8,769 nucleotides of DNA from Candidatus Baldrarchaeum yapensis (GTDB lineage Archaea; Asgardarchaeota; Baldrarchaeia; Baldrarchaeales; Baldrarchaeaceae). Shown here piece by piece: positions 7,682 through 8,769 of this stretch; within the stretch, counting starts at the first letter, position 1, and every line of letters begins with the position of its first letter. The stretch lies in contig JAEOSH010000073.1 in NCBI GenBank assembly GCA_016840465.1, positions 1-8,769 on the forward strand, read 5' to 3'. The notes below the pieces were generated by a model that was not told where the DNA came from, ran no database searches, and worked only from the letters and a program-made list of their open reading frames with translations. Position numbers and translations under genes: made by a program.

Positions 7682-7772
7682 TGGAGCCGCCGCCGGGATT
7701 TGAACCCGGGACCACCTCGTTTCTGTTCAAAGAATACCAGCGAGGCGCTCCACCGGGCTGAGCTACGGCGGC
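7682..7772 (-). tRNA. tRNA-Thr(GGU) with 14-nt intron at 37/38 and encoded CCA
   Basis: Minus strand GCCGCCG-TA-GCTC-AGCCCGGTG-GAGC-G-CCTCG-CTGGTA-[intron]-A-CGAGG-TGGTC-CCGGG-TTCAAAT-CCCGG-CGGCGGC-T-CCA. All four stems pair fully; anticodon GGT; U73, G1-C72 and C2-G71 fit archaeal Thr identity. Confidence 0.97.
7721..7734 (-). other. tRNA intron TTCTTTGAACAGAA with relaxed bulge-helix-bulge motif
   Basis: Removing these 14 nt restores the 7-nt anticodon loop CTGGTAA between CCTCG and CGAGG. Confidence 0.9.
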
Positions 7773-7804
7773 ACGCTGTTCCAACTAACTTAATTATCTT
7801 TATC

Positions 7805-7812
7805 AATATAAA
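7805..7812 (-). promoter_or_regulatory. Probable TATA box of the tRNA-Thr transcription unit
   Basis: Minus-strand TTTATATT 33-40 nt upstream of the mature tRNA 5' end. Confidence 0.45.
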
Positions 7813-8243
7813 CCTAATCATCAGTAGACATTTTTACAATTGACATTGAAATACGTTCTCGATACCATGCTCACTCCTTAATTCTTGTTATTTTCCGCAA
7901 TTTCTACTTTTATAGGATTCTTTCTTACACGTTAATATGAACACCGCCAGCAACTTGGTGGTCCCTACGATAGTCTTACATTCTTATCACGCTCACAATT
8001 TTATCATGGCTCCATTACAGATCCTTTGTTTCTTGGTTCTCTCCGAAGAAAATGGATTCCTGAACCCAAAACCTGTGTACAAGAGCAACCTTCTCCGCAA
8101 CTCTTACGATGGGGACACTATTTTTGCATCCCTTCATTAAAAGAATCCCCCCATATATCTCGTATTCTGACTTCATTCAACTTTAGTAATGTACTAAAAA
8201 CAACAAAAACGTCGCCGAGACGTGCGGTGACGTGCACCATGCC

Positions 8244-8386
8244 GAGGCTGTTTCATAATTTTACGAAAGACAGGTTGCTATTATAAATTGTAAAAGTAAA
8301 TTTTGTCATTTTTAATATCTTTTAATGAATGTAATTTGCATTGAGCAAGAATCGTCTTTCCTAATTGAAATTATGAAACAGCCTCA
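8244..8386. mobile_element. MITE-like non-autonomous element with 18-bp terminal inverted repeats and 9-bp target-site duplication
   Basis: GAGGCTGTTTCATAATTT (8244-8261) is the exact reverse complement of AAATTATGAAACAGCCTC (8368-8385). CACCATGCC flanks both sides (8235-8243, 8387-8395; one extra A at 8386). AT-rich interior without a gene. Confidence 0.75.
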
Positions 8387-8750
8387 CACCATGCCTGCAT
8401 GTTTTTAAACGCGTTTATATCGTCTATAACATTAATAATAGTTATTAGCATATCTGGTAAGTCCTCTTAACCACTTCCTTAGCGTATTTTGAGAAGAAAA
8501 GGCAACGAGCACGCTTGTTATGCATCCCCTAGCTTATATCGGCCAATGGATGGTATGCAGATCGAAAATCGAACCTTAAGCGTAAGTTGTGATATCCGGA
8601 TGAGTCATCAAAGGGAATGTTGTATCCAGTGGCTTTATATATGGCTAAGTTGCCCAAACAAATTCCCATTAGTTAATATCAATATTCTTGAACATCTCCA
8701 CTTATGAAAATTAAGAAAAATTAATTAACGCTAAGATCGTAGCGTTATAT

Positions 8751-8769
8751 CTGTCTCTTATACACATCT
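8751..8769 (+). other. Nextera/Tn5 mosaic-end adapter (library artefact)
   Basis: Exact CTGTCTCTTATACACATCT at the very end of the sequence. Confidence 0.97.

Noticed and set aside
7649-7843. 64-aa ORF overlapping the tRNA
   Set aside because: It is the tRNA antisense strand read as codons.
8625-8670. Class I glutamine amidotransferase pseudogene (minus-strand MGICLGNLAIYKATG resembles LGICLGHQAIxxAFG)
   Set aside because: Only ~15 residues match; stops lie immediately upstream and downstream spacing to a YHxL motif does not fit TrpG/GuaA. Not callable without a search.
7937-8707. + strand ORFs 7937-8140, 8026-8286 and 8489-8707 as small proteins
   Set aside because: No ribosome-binding site or motif recognised, atypical composition, and 8026-8286 runs into the MITE.
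7682-8750. Integrative element using tRNA-Thr as att site
   Set aside because: No integrase, no duplicated tRNA fragment in the window, and the gene-poor region is on the 5' side of the tRNA.
8751-8769. Natural Tn5/IS50 transposon end
   Set aside because: Matches the engineered mosaic end exactly and sits at the contig terminus; library artefact.

Overview
Archaeal core-genome contig, roughly 40% GC by eye; lineage not assignable from this window. + strand: rpl15e, a COG1325-type RNA-binding protein, RNase P subunits Rpp30 and Pop5, an HTH-phosphoribosyltransferase, a tRNA splicing endonuclease subunit that seems to lack the catalytic His, and a PIN-domain/AAA ATPase (PINA-like). - strand: a hydrogenase maturation protease and a probable tRNA-Thr(GGU) -> orphan membrane coiled-coil protein -> rpiA unit. 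The tRNA has a 14-nt 37/38 intron with a relaxed BHB motif. Bases 1-200 are a ~61% GC, non-coding, hairpin-rich block, possibly a pre-rRNA leader running off the contig. The last ~1 kb has no recognisable gene and holds a ~143-bp MITE-like element (18-bp perfect inverted repeats, 9-bp flanking direct repeat). The final 19 bases are untrimmed Nextera/Tn5 adapter. No complete novel multi-gene system is evident; the best leads are the MITE, the orphan membrane protein and the endonuclease/intron pairing.
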